Shown piece after piece: positions 19,858 through 31,755 of a DNA stretch of 64,000 nt. The DNA is from Azolla caroliniana (lineage: Eukaryota; Plantae; Polypodiophyta). Location: NCBI GenBank assembly GCA_043228905.1, contig JBHGNT010000014.1, positions 1,798,001 through 1,862,000 of the forward strand, read 5' to 3'. The number at the start of each line of letters is the position of its first letter. Within the stretch, counting starts at the first letter, position 1. Both the position numbers and the translations under genes were made by a program. Under the pieces are notes generated by a model that did no database searches, had not been told where the DNA came from, and saw nothing but the letters and a program-made list of their open reading frames with translations.

Positions 19858-21731
19858 CTATGCAATTATTTTAAAAAAGTTTCAGAGTCCTCAGGGACTT
19901 CCAACCCTTTGCCTTTCGTCATTCTCTTTTCATACTTTGCCCGTTCTAGGTGCGTAATGAACGAGCTAGGTATACCATTGTTTGTATCTCCAACCTTTTT
20001 GGAGCGAGATGGTTTCCACGAACACAATGTGGTTTGGTTAGTGTTCACATTCACAATAAACATGTCAATTACAAGTTTAAGGATACCTAACCATTCTCTA
20101 AATACAATAAAAAAATCTTCAAGAGCTTTGTATGATGAAGTCACCGGGCATGCCTGCTCTACCTCTTCCCATGTAGGCAGTGATAGTTTCTTCATCATCA
20201 ATTCTTTAATCTTCATGTACACTTTATGGCTACAAACCAATAAATCAATGATTAATAATTAAAACAATATATGAAGCTCATTCATTATAAAAACCAATAT
20301 ACTTACTTTTGAAACTCAGTAACCATCTCATCTAAACTGAACTCCTTGGCAGCTACACGTGAAAGTACAAATATTAATAATTTGTCATCTTTGATTCCTT
20401 GTAAAGACCGCCAAGGGAGAACCTTCTTATATTTAGGGAGCTCCTTGATTATCAAATCACTTTTACGCGATTTGGCTTTAATCTCCACTTGTGGATCCGC
20501 TTTAGCTTTTTTCGATCGTTGACCTTTCACCTCTTTTCACTCCCACATACTAAATATCTTATCTTGCAAATCCCATACCTCCCCTATTCTAAAAGCTAGT
20601 TGAAATATCTTTCATATTTCCTTAGTCCTTCTGACTTCGTGGTTTCATCCACAACTATCCCCACCTCCAATAAACATTTGGTGACGCAGTCCAAGATGTA
20701 GCTTGGGACCATATTTTTTTAATGCATCAAGATACTCGTGGTGAAAGAATCGAATGCATTCTATACAATACATTTTTTGTATGTAGTCGTTGTCGTTAGT
20801 ATGGTCCCAGGCCAATAACTTTGCCTCTTCATGTGTTAGGCCTGCGTACACCTTACATTCAACATACTTGAAAAATGGAGTAAGAGGATACTTGTTGACG
20901 ACTTGATGACTAGCTTTTGCTGAATGAGATCCCCCTATGACATAATATGTATAATCATCAGCAGAACTGTACTTAAAAGCTAATGGCGAGGGACATTGTT
21001 CAGGGTCAAACATCACTAAAAAGGTACAACCGTTGCATGGGGATTGATCTTCGTTTTACTTTTGAGGTTTTGGATGTGGACAAAGTGGGGCTCTCAAATT
21101 TCTAGCGGACGTCTTTCGGTCACAAGATCCACTAGAGGTCTTTGAATCGAACAAATTGGCAAGTGAGAAGTTGCCCTTTACATACAAGCTTTGCCTTGAC
21201 AATGTTCTCCCTAATTTTATTCTGCTCCGAGGCTAGCACTCGTGATGACATTTGTCCACCTGGAGGAACCACCTCGAGTTGTTGCTCCCAGTCTTCTTCA
21301 TTTTCTACAAACTCAAGTACTTCAAGTTCGTCATACTTAGGTTTGGCTCTTTTCTTATATTTTTTCTGCTCTGGTTTAGACTTCGCCGATTTTTTTGGAG
21401 GTGTCCCTGCCTCGGCAACCATTAGCTCCCTTGTAATGTATGGACGAAGAGCTAGAATAAGATCTTTACGCAATACTTTTGGAGCACAACACTCCGTCAC
21501 CAGGTTTCCATCATCGACTAGAACACGTCTAGTACCTCTCGAGCTTTCTACTTGAAGGATAAGGTTAGGGGAATCCGAATACCCATACTCAATGTTTCGG
21601 AGGCTTCTGTTTGTGAACGTTTTGCCTAGCTCGCGTTTGCTTTTTCCTGGATATTTAGCCAAAACCAATAAAAGAAATCCATCTTCTTCTGCATAAACCA
21701 AGCTCCACTCAACGTCGATGTAGTTCTTCAT
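19858..21731 (-). pseudogene. Spliced gene of unknown function with a ParB/sulfiredoxin-like motif; frameshifted, 3' end cut by an LTR
   Basis: Colinear ORFs 21132-21731, 20645-21016, 20303-20530, 19866-20240; motif YYVIGGSHSAKA...VYAGL..EEAKLLA..HTN; GTAAG...TTTGTAG intron 20306-20230 joins EFQN-HKVYMKIK in frame. Confidence 0.55.
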
Positions 21732-22057
21732 CTTCGGTCCGTGAGGCTAGTCCTCAAGTAACTTTGTTGTATTCCCAACAAAAGACTTCGAGGTGCCGTC
21801 ACCACCGTACTCGAAGAGTGTCTTTCTAGACTTGTCTTGCATAAAACTATCATACCCCCTTTTTATTGGCGATGGTATCTTAATCTTGAATGATGGGAGT
21901 TTTTGTCGTGGCTCACTAAAGTGTACAGTAAATATTAAAAAACTGCTTAAAATAGAAGAAAATTGTATTTTTACCTTACAAAAAACATTAATTTAATGTG
22001 AAAAATAACAAACATAAACTACGTTGTGGTGGCCAGAACTCGTCTAAAAACAAGGGC

Positions 22058-22591
22058 TTTCAACAGGAATCCGTTGCAGTGCATCGGATTCCCGTTGAAA
22101 CCTATGCCTTTCAACCACAATCCGATGCATTGCATCGGATTGTGGTTGAAGAGGATTCTCTTCTACAAGAATCCGATGCATTGGGATTCTGGTTGAAAGG
22201 CATAGGTTTCAACGAGAATCCGATGCACTACATCGGATTCTCGTTGAAGAGTCCTCTCTTTCAACCAGAATCCGATGCGGTACATCGGATTCTGGTTGAA
22301 AGGCATTGGTTTCAACGAGAATCCGATGCACTGCATCATATTCTCGTTGAAGAGTCCTCTCTTTCAATGAGAATCCAATGCAGTGCATCCGATTCTCGTG
22401 GAAAGGCATAGGTTTCAACGAGAATTTGATGCACTGCATTGGATTCACGTTGAAGAGTATTCTCTTCTACCACAACATTGGATTGTGGCAGAAGAGAGGC
22501 TTATGCAACCACAATCTGATGCAAAGGATTTTGGTTGAAGAGTCCTATCTTCAACAACAATCCAATGCACTGCATTGAATTGTTGTTGAAG
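22058..22591. repeat. Array of about 11 palindromes (about 41 bp) with alternating 8-12 bp spacers
   Basis: Consensus TTCAAC-NNNAATCCGATGCA-n-TGCATCGGATTNNN-GTTGAA; spacers AGGCATAGG / GAGTCCTCTC; period about 51 bp (about 103 bp as a dimer). Confidence 0.95.
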
Positions 22592-23085
22592 AAAAAAACC
22601 TACATCCACAATACAATTCCTACCTAAGAGAATTTGTTCGATAATTCCTACCCAAAAAAGAAAGCATCTTAAAGGAATATTTATGGAATCTTATAAATTG
22701 GTTCAAAAAACTAACCTGGCAATTTTTCCCCCCTTGTTCATGATGGTTGACTCTGTAAGCTTGCGACTAAATTGCTAAAAATAGGATTGATGGATGACTT
22801 TGTGCTCCTGAACTCTTCGATTACTTTAACACGATAATGACAATAAGTCGAAGACTTGTCTTTATAAAGTTTCTTCAAAAAGAAATAATTTTATTGAATA
22901 ATTAGAAAATAAATATGAAAAAATTAAATAATTTCTTTACTTTTTTAAAAAATTACTTAAAAAATAAATAAATAATTTAAAAAAACAATGTGTATGGTTA
23001 AAATTCTTATTCCTTAACTTGATCACAATTTCTTAGGTAATGTAGTGATAAAGTTACAAATTCTAGATAATTTGCTAAAGTAACG

Positions 23086-25832
23086 ATGTCGTCCTCTTCG
23101 AGTAGATTATCTCTTTTTTTTGTGGAGCCTTTTACATTATCTAACAACTCCTTGTTCTATGTCGATGAGTACAATTATCTACGTGTTAAAAACAAGGAGC
23201 ATCAAAGTTTAAACTGTGATGTTACAAAAAGATCAAATTCAATGTTTTCAATTGACCCTTTGAACTCAAGTAGTAGTGAATTGAGCAAACAATGTGTTGA
23301 TAGTGGAAAGGTTGATACATCTATTGATGAGGCATGCGTGAAAGAACCAATCAATTTTAGAAAAATTCCTCGGCAAGTTAGTAGTAAACAACTTAACTTT
23401 TTGACTTCCGATCGTCAAATTGTGTTGGATACAAACAAGTCATGTTGTGGGAGTCTTTGCCTCTCTAAATTTGGCAAGGCTAACTTAAGGGGATTGCAAC
23501 AGAAGTATTTATCATTGAATGGTGATGAACAAGATGCTTTTCTGATTTCACATATTCAGTTACTTAAGGATTACACAGGGTGGGCTACGTCAATGCATGT
23601 TGAATATTATCTTGCTTTAAGCACTAAGTGTTGTCGAGTTGCATTCAAAATTGCTTATAGCATTGGGAACATGAGGCTCCAGAGAATTCAACTATGACTC
23701 GTAAAGGGTTCGTGGGTACCTTTGCCTTCTAATTATGATGAATCTAGAAGTAAGGGTCTAATTGGAGGCCATGTAGTTAGGTGGATGGAGAGGTATTCTC
23801 AAAACAATGTGATATTATGCCTACGACTGGAAGATTACATCTGTAAGATAACGTCACTCGCCGGGAGGTCTACCAAGCTTATAAGGATGACATGCTCATA
23901 GAATGTGTACCTTATATACAATATCGACATTTCAATTGATTATGGAGGTTAAGGTTTAACAATGTAGTTATACCGCGTAAGGTCTGAATGGGGGTTTGTT
24001 CAGTGTGTGCAAGTCTAAAGAGCATGGCGAAGAGTGGTATAACTGATGAAGAAATAAAGAGTTACAAGAATCTATTAAAACATCATCGCGATAGTCAGGC
24101 ATTGGAACGATTTAAAGCTATGCATCATCGATAAAAAGCTCTCCAATGGCCAGAAAGGGATATGTGTATGATTACAAATGGAATGGATCAAAAGAAGACT
24201 TGCTTGCCGCACTTTCGTAGGTTGCCAAAGGATATTGGAGACGAACGCCTTGTACAAATGCATTTAGTAGGTTGTTTAACATATTTTCAGACAATACGAC
24301 CTCAAGTATTCTTAACTTATCCTAATATCCACAACGACCCAAATCTTACAATCACAGTCTTGCAAAGAGTATTACAAGTCTTGGCAAGGTGTTCTCCCGC
24401 CAGTTTTGTATGTGCAACTCGACAACAAAGCAAGAGAAAACAAAAACTCAACTATGTTCGGTTATTTAAGCATGCTAATGGAGAGGGGAATATTTAAAAA
24501 GATTAAAGTCAATTTCTTACTAGTTGGTCATACCCATGATCATATTGATCAAATGTTTAGTAGATTCTCAAAGAAATTAGTGAGATGTGATGCTTTCACA
24601 CTTCTTATGCTATCAAAGATGATTAGTGAAGCTTATACTCCAAAGCCAGAAGTACATCATTTGTATGAAGTTTATGATTTTAAATGATTTTGCGTGGATA
24701 ATGATGGAACTGAAGGTAGGGTTCTTGCACAACTGAATAATATAAGTTTTAACCATGTCTTCCCCATAAAAAGAAGTTCAAGGATCCACAACATGACATT
24801 ATTGTATGCTTTAAACAATATTCATCTAGTTCACAATGGAGCCATAAGAGGGTTGTAGATTCTTATTGCGTTTTCCAGATGTGGGAATCGATTGTGCAAA
24901 ACAAATGCCATATGAAGACAAGGAAAATTTGGCTTCTTATAGTTCACTTGATGAACAAAAAAGATATTGGATGCGATGCCTTGAAACTAAACAGAAAAAA
25001 TATCAAGAGCACCAAGAAATACGCTGGTGATTAGAATATTGAATGGTGGGATGCCTTTTTTAACGACCATCATACGATTTTGGATAATTACATGGCTAGA
25101 TATTGACCCCTCCAATATCCGTTTCAATGGAACATTGGTGTCCCATCATTGGTGTCAAGGACTCATCACCACTCACTAGATAATGCTGAATTCAATAATC
25201 TAGTTCACCCACGACACAGAGATATTTACATGGGTCCAAGAATATCTCGTATTGTAGAGGCAAGATGGCAAGGTAGTTTGCATTAGCTTCAAGTTGGAAT
25301 GTTGGTCGCAACATTGGCTGACAATGATGAATTGGGCCACCCTTTTTGGATTGCTAAAATTCTAGAAATAATGAAGAATGAACAAGGCAATCAAGTTACG
25401 TCTATCGTGGTTCATTGGTATCACACCTCTTCCCCTGATGCATTTACTGGAAAGTACTCTTTAGAGATGGTGAAGGATGGCAGAAGCACAAGTAGAAAGA
25501 GATGAAGAAAGAATCTACCAAGCATGTCTACTCTCACATTGGATAACGTTGACATACTGGTGTATGACTTCTCGTTGACCAAGACATGCCATCTTAGGTA
25601 GACTACAATTAGGATATTAAAAGAGAAGATCCCAAAGGTGTGTCCGAAGATGACAGTAAGAAGAATAAGTAGTATGTCTCATAATCATGGTGAGGTTGGA
25701 TTGCAATTGGATGAAGACAATGAATTGGTTGCAAGTGATGAAGAGGATGAGAACTCACAAAGCTCTTCTACCTCATTGGATGATTCTGGGAATGATGGCT
25801 TATCTTTGGGAAGTAAGTGTTCTGAGACATGA
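23086..25832 (+). pseudogene. Sola1/DUF7869-like DDD transposase, degenerate, with a C-terminal SH3-fold-like domain
   Basis: (D/N)GMDQKK, DPNLTITVL, YVQLDNKARENKN, LLVGHTHDHIDQMFSRFS; upstream CC..C and CSVC motifs; many stops. Confidence 0.75.
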
Positions 25833-28765
25833 ACTATGATATTGTATCTTACTTCAAAATGTCAATTTACGAATATCTATAAATGATGGCTAAGTCCATT
25901 TGTAAATATTGCGCATTCTTTTGTATGTTTGGCGTGTCTATTATTTAGGCATTTTTTGAAAGCCTACAAGTTGTTGCCATTGATAAATATCAATATAATT
26001 TTGGCTATTTTTTAAATACCCTTTACCCATGCGGCACCCATTTTTGTAAAATGACGTATTTTATTCCTTTTTTAGATGTACACTTCTTATAATGTGACAT
26101 ATTACCTGTTTCAAATGAGCTGGTGTTAAGATCAAGTGTCTGCAGTGGGATGGCAGAAAGGAATACTTTTCTAGCTAGTTCAATTATTATTTGCCACAGA
26201 TGGGGATTCGACGCGAATTCACCTACAGATATACGCCGAAGCAGAATGGGGTAGCCGAAAGGAAGAATTGGTCAATCATGGAAGCAACACAGGCAATGCT
26301 AGAAGAGAAGAGCATGCCCAAATTTTATTGGGCCAAAGCCATTAGGACGGCGGTGTACATCCAGAATCAGATCGGAGAAAAGGTGTTAGCACATGAGCTG
26401 TATTTCGGGCACAAGCCGAATTTGAAGCACTTGAGGGTATTTGGTAGCATTGCATATGTGCATGTGCCGAATGAGAATCGGAAGAAGCTGGATGCCAAGT
26501 CGAAAAGTGCATATTGGTTGGCTACTCACATGAGCAGAAAGGCTACAAGTGCTACAATCCCCGGACGAAGCAAGGGCGAGTGAGCCGCGACGTCATCTTC
26601 GACGAATCAAAGTCTTGGTATTGTCTCCTGTTTCCAACACCCGACGACCGCATACCAATTGCTGAGGATGAGACTAGTGAGGCCGAGATGTTTTGGGAAG
26701 AAGAAGAAGAAATTATCATTCTAGAAGAGAGTCCAATTTCATTTTGGCTGAGTGGCCCGAATGAAGAGCTGAGTTGGAATGACCAACCGAGTGAAGAGTT
26801 GGCGAGTAGTGAAGATTCGGTCGTGCACTCCCCGTGCAAGGAATCGAGGAGATGGTATACACACAAAGAGAAGGAGAAGATGAAGATGCCAGGGCACGGA
26901 AACCTTGAAGGCATGTCGGATTGGAGTGAATCTGACGAAGCCATGAGCACATACAGACCTCCGGAGCCGAGGTCGGAAATGGCCAAGAAGGCCTTGAAGA
27001 CGGCCAACGAAAGGTTGCACCATTAGAAGAACCTCGTAATCAAGTACAGGTACAATGAGTAAATGGTGCATCACTATGCGTACATGTTGAAAGTGGTGGA
27101 AGTCCCTGAGCTGGAGAGCTATGTGGAGGCATCACAGGATGCCAAATGGCAATCGGCCATGGAGGAAGAAATGCGGGCACTAGATGTCAACAACACATGG
27201 GACTTGGTTGACCCTCAATGTCATTGCAAACCGATCGGATGTAAATGGGTGTACAAAGTGAAGTACAACACTGACGGTTGGATCAACCGGTATAAGGCCC
27301 GATTGATGGTCAAGGGATATGCGCAAACCCACAACATCGACTGCAACGAAACCTTTGCACGAAACCTTTGCACCGGTAACGACGATGACAACAGTTCGTG
27401 TGGTGTTAGCAATAACAGTGGCAAGGGGGTGGCATCTCCATCAGGCGGACATGAAGAACGCATTTCTTCAAGGTGATCTTGAAGAACATGTATTTATGGT
27501 CCAACCCCCCGGATTTCAGTCGGAGCTGAACAAGTCGACAATTTACTAGTTAAGGAAGTCACTTTATGGCCTCAAGCAAGTCTCACGTGCCTGGAACCCG
27601 AAAATCAAGCACATTTATGTAAGATGGGGTTTGTGGTCTCGAAGTCTGATTGCTCCTTGTTCATTCGGAAAGGTCTAAAAGGCCCGATTTGCATATTGTT
27701 TTACGTGGATGACCTAGTTGTCATTGGTGCTGACCTTGCCGAAATTAGCTGTCCCAATTGTCGGCTGCCTTTGAGATGAACGACCTAGGGAACCTTCACT
27801 ACTTCCTTGGGATCGAGTTGATCCACACCCTCGACGACATATTGATCACTTAACGACATTATGTTTTGAATATTTTGTACAAGTTCGGGATTACGGATTG
27901 CCGATCTGTCACCAGTCCTCTTGATAGAAACTTGAAGCTTTGCCTTGACTTAGGTGCGGCCTATGATGAGAAACGGTTTCAACAAATTGTGAGAAGCCTG
28001 ATATACTTAACAATCACTTGACCCGATCTTAACTATCCGGTTGGCATGATAAGTCAATTCATGCAGAGACCAATAGTCGAGCACTTTCACTGTGCGCATC
28101 GAATACTGAGATATGTGAGCAACAGGAAGGATTGAGGATTGATGTACCGACATGGCATAGCCGAACAATTGGTCAACTATATTGATGCCAATTGGGCCGG
28201 AGATGCCATGGATCACCGATCAACATTAGGCTTTATGTTCTCCCTTGGGAGTGCGGCGATAGCATGGAGCAGCAAGAAGCAACCGATAGTGGCCCTGTCG
28301 AATACCAAGGCAAAGTACAGAGGGGCCACCATCGCAATGTGTGAGGCTATATGGCTCAAGTAATTGTTGCAGGCTCTACAAGTTGAAGTTCCCACTTTGA
28401 TTCCGATCTACTATGACAACATCGGTACTAAGTAGCATGCAGCTGGCCAAGAATCCTGTATTCCATGCTCACACGAAGCACATAGAAGTGCATTGGGGTG
28501 AAAGAATGTGAATGGAAACACTATTATAGCTTACACGTAGAGCTAATTTTTAGTGGGAAAATCTTAAAGATACATATAATTTATTGTGGGGATGGAAATA
28601 TTACCATTTATGGTCCACATTTTAGCTGGTCTTTATTTGAGATCACATTCTAATAATCTCTAAAATGACCAAAATATGCTAATTTGTAAAGATAAAAATG
28701 CAGAAGCTAAACAAACCTTAACCGGCTCAGGCGGATAACAATAGAATCACAGAGAATGGAATACA

Positions 28766-28776
28766 TAGAGTAGAGA

Positions 28777-28820
<44 letters not shown>

Positions 28821-28947
28821 GAGAGGGATATATAAGAAGTATATAATAGAGAGGTGAGGAAGTTGGGTTTCGAACCCACAACGTAGTGCTTATAGTGCTA
28901 ACAACTTACCACTAGGGTAAGCTAATTACGATAAAACAAAACAAGAG
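28766..28947 (-). mobile_element. Candidate tRNA-derived SINE with a (TC)n tail
   Basis: A-box-like TACCCTAGTGGTAAG, B-box GGGTTCGAAACCC; 15-bp direct repeats AGAGAATGGAATACA at 28751-28765 and 28948-28962. Confidence 0.5.
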
Positions 28948-29178
28948 AGAGAATGGAATACACAAGTACTTCAATGCTCGTACTGAGCGACTGTCATTGA
29001 CTCCTAAAAATATACCTACCTACTAGTCTAGGATTGTAGGCCTCTAACAACCTACCGGTTACACTCTGATCTGGACACCGATTCAGCTATCCGTTTCAAA
29101 CACAAATCTGAACACCGATCCAACTCTCCATTCTAGATATAGATTCGAACATCGATCCGGCTCTTGGCTTATTTAGGC

Positions 29179-29581
29179 TATTGAGAATCAAGCTCAACAT
29201 AGTGTAACGTGTGAACCACCCTTTCAGCATCCATGACCACTCAAAGGTCAAGAGTCATACCACTCTCTACCCATTAAACTATGTGTCATAAAATCATATT
29301 CTATGACACATAACTAATGGGTTCCACATTCCCCATGACCATAAGACTTCACATTCCTCAAGGCTCTAGTGAGAGAGTGGACGTTGTAGTGAGTAAATGA
29401 AGAGAGAGGGTGACCCTATATAAAGCACCCTCCTCCTACTTCATATTAAGTTGGTTATGACTCTTTGTAATACTACATTTTTGTATCTCTATTCTACTTG
29501 TGAAATATACACCTTCTTCTTCTTGAGTATTTTATTTCTCTTGCTTATCTATCTCCTGTTCTCTTCTCTCCTCTATTTTTA

Positions 29582-29628
<47 letters not shown>

Positions 29629-29676
29629 ACACACATATCTATTCCGTTGCACAAGAATCACTATTGATTCTTTACA
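29179..29676 (+). mobile_element. Solo LTR, family A
   Basis: Homologous to 3301-3678; TSD TAGGC on both sides; internal (CA)n. Confidence 0.92.
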
Positions 29677-30518
29677 TAGGCAATCCAGATCATGCTGAGC
29701 TTTCTCACTCAACAAAATTACATGTAGCTTTTTGCATAGTTAATTAGTTATGTCAAGGACACAACTAATTGTTCCCATTCCCATGCTTTCACCCATTGCC
29801 ACTTTGTGCGCGATCGGGTTCAGAGCAGTGAAGTTGAATTGAAGTATGTTCGGATTGATTGGCAGGTGGTTGACATCTTCACCAAGGCCCTTGGACTGGA
29901 CAAGTTGCAACACTTCTCGGAGATGCTTGGTATTCAACACCTTGGTGTGCCAGACTTGAGGGGTAGAGAAATCGACAAGAATAGTTGCGATGATGAGCTG
30001 GAGCAAGAGTTAACCGAAAAGAAGAGGAGAGCCGACAAAGAAGATGAATCAGAGACAATCGATTTGGTAAAAAGAAAAGATTCGGACAAGCCACATCATA
30101 TGAGAGCCAAGAAGACGAGAAGGCAATGGGGAACGATGCCGAAGCGGGAGTACCGACGGGTCAGAGAGTGCCGAAATCTTAAAGGCAAGAAGAAGGCCGC
30201 CGAAGGCCCGAGTAGTAGAGAGGCTGAGCGAACGGGTCGAGGAGCACGTGCCAGGAGACAAGCTGGCAGGAGGGGCCGAGGCGAGGAATCAATAGAGTAG
30301 GAAGAACCTCAAGTTGAGCTTTGAGGGGAGTGTTGAGAGCTGGATCGGATGAAGACCGGTCTGTGGTGAGACGGATCGGTGGAGAGTTAGATCCGCGGGG
30401 AGCCGGTAGGGCATTAGAGGCCTACTCTCCTAGTCTTAGTAGGTAGGAATAACTTTACGAATTAGTGTCAGATGCTCTTTATGAGCATTCAAGTACTGAC
30501 AATACTTGTGTTAGCCCA

Positions 30519-31755
30519 TTTGAATAATGGGGTGAACTTTTGCTTACCTTTGTCTTCTTTCATCGCCTCTAAAGCAACTCGTTTCGTTTCCCATCTGTTT
30601 TGTTCTCGGGTTTTGTTGAAGGACCCACTTCTTTAGTTCTCCTTCTCTTTTCTTCTACTATCATCTCGTGGGCATTCACCATTGCTATCTTGGTGATCGC
30701 TATGAGTGAATCTATTGGGTCATTCCACTTAGTACTACTCCATATCTTGTCGCCTGCCTTCCGTAAGTCCTGTGGTTGGACTCTTATTTCATTAGTGGAC
30801 TTGATCACCTTTCCCCATAATCCTAATTCTATCTAGGGATCATCAACCTTCAACTCGAAGGTAGTTGAAAAGTACATTGCTTGAACATTCTTCGACTCTT
30901 CGTCCTCCATCAATTTCTTCATCCTACCTTTGCTGAAGTTGGATTTTAGGGGTTATTGGGTTTCTTACAAGTGGATTCTCCCATTTTGATAGATGATAAG
31001 GTTTCTTTCTAATGTGTCCTTATGACTCTGACAATCCCTTCTGAGGTGCTCTGTGTTATCGCACCATATGCGTCGGCGGATGAATTCGCCGTTTTGTCTT
31101 TCAGAGAGCTTTTGTCAAACACCCGAGCTTTCATCCTTCTCAAGCTTTGTGAACTTGAGCTATAAATCCCTCATTCTCTTTACCAATTCATCACTTGCAA
31201 ACTTTGGATCCTTTGCCAACATCCGTTTGGGTTCTTGATTCTTGTTTTGGATGTTCTGTGTTTGTCGTCTTTATTTCGATGTCATAGCCATCCTCCATCC
31301 TTAGCACTCTCCTTCTTAGTAAGCGACAAGCCTCGGGTATCTTCGCCCAATCAAACACCAAACCGGTCATGCTTGTTTGGTCCTCTAGAAGAATGATGAT
31401 ATCATTTCTAAAAGATTTATCTACCACTTGAACAAATAGATCCACCTTTTCTGACTGTAATTGTTCTCATTCTCCCTTAGCAACTTTGAGACTGAAAGTC
31501 CTTTACTCCCCTTCTTGGTCCATTCGAGAAAGCTCTTCTACTCTTACAACATCCAACTCATCATCGTCATCATGAAACTTCTCATCTCTACATTGAAGCC
31601 CTTGTCTGCCATCTTTGTGTTGGCACGTTTGTTTACCATTTTCGTTGATTTTCTAATCTTCCATTTGGCAAACTTTAACTCCAAAACTCCCCTTCTCAGG
31701 GACACTCCATGCTGGATTCACCAACTTTTATGTTGTTAAGGTTGTGGTTGTCTAT
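30519..31755 (-). pseudogene. Degenerate gypsy-type gag fragment
   Basis: ORFs 31191-31445 and 30569-30808; knuckle remnant IWCDNTEHLRRDC. Confidence 0.5.

Larger units (their letters stand above)
19858..26112. mobile_element. Degenerate two-gene DNA transposon (Sola1-like); left end lost
   Basis: Transposase on +, second gene on -, central palindrome array. Sequence switches to copia integrase after ...CCTGTTTC|AAAT; right boundary inferred. Confidence 0.55.
28685..29714 (-). mobile_element. Solo LTR related to copia family B/C, interrupted by solo LTR A
   Basis: Minus strand starts TGTTGAGTGAGAAAGCTCAGC and ends TTTACA; similar to 30400-30510; flanks TAATT/AAATT. Confidence 0.7.
28496..29794. 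mobile_element. MITE-like TIR element (about 260 bp net) containing nested solo LTRs
   Basis: TIRs GGGTGAAAG.ATG.GAATGG.AACA (about 25 bp, 3 mismatches); TSD ATTG; removal restores copia V-H-C-H-F in frame. Confidence 0.8.
26117..30518 (+). mobile_element. Degenerate copia (family B-related): IN-RT-RNaseH-tail, PPT, partial 3' LTR from 30331
   Basis: QNGVAERKN, RYKARL, LYVDD-like, WSSKKQP, HIEVH; PPT GAGGGGAG then TGTTGAG. Confidence 0.9.

Noticed and set aside
21998-22578. ORFs overlapping the palindrome array
   Set aside because: By-products of the repeat; open on both strands because of symmetry.
22058-22591. CRISPR array
   Set aside because: Spacers are only 8-12 bp and are two alternating repeated sequences; no cas genes; eukaryotic context.
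28860-28930. Functional tRNA genes here and at 7293, 35558 and 50134
   Set aside because: A/B boxes are present, but acceptor and anticodon stems do not fold properly.
29451-29747. Hydrophobic ORF with HT repeats (also 39780-40043)
   Set aside because: Lies in the T-rich LTR U5 and (CA)n microsatellite.
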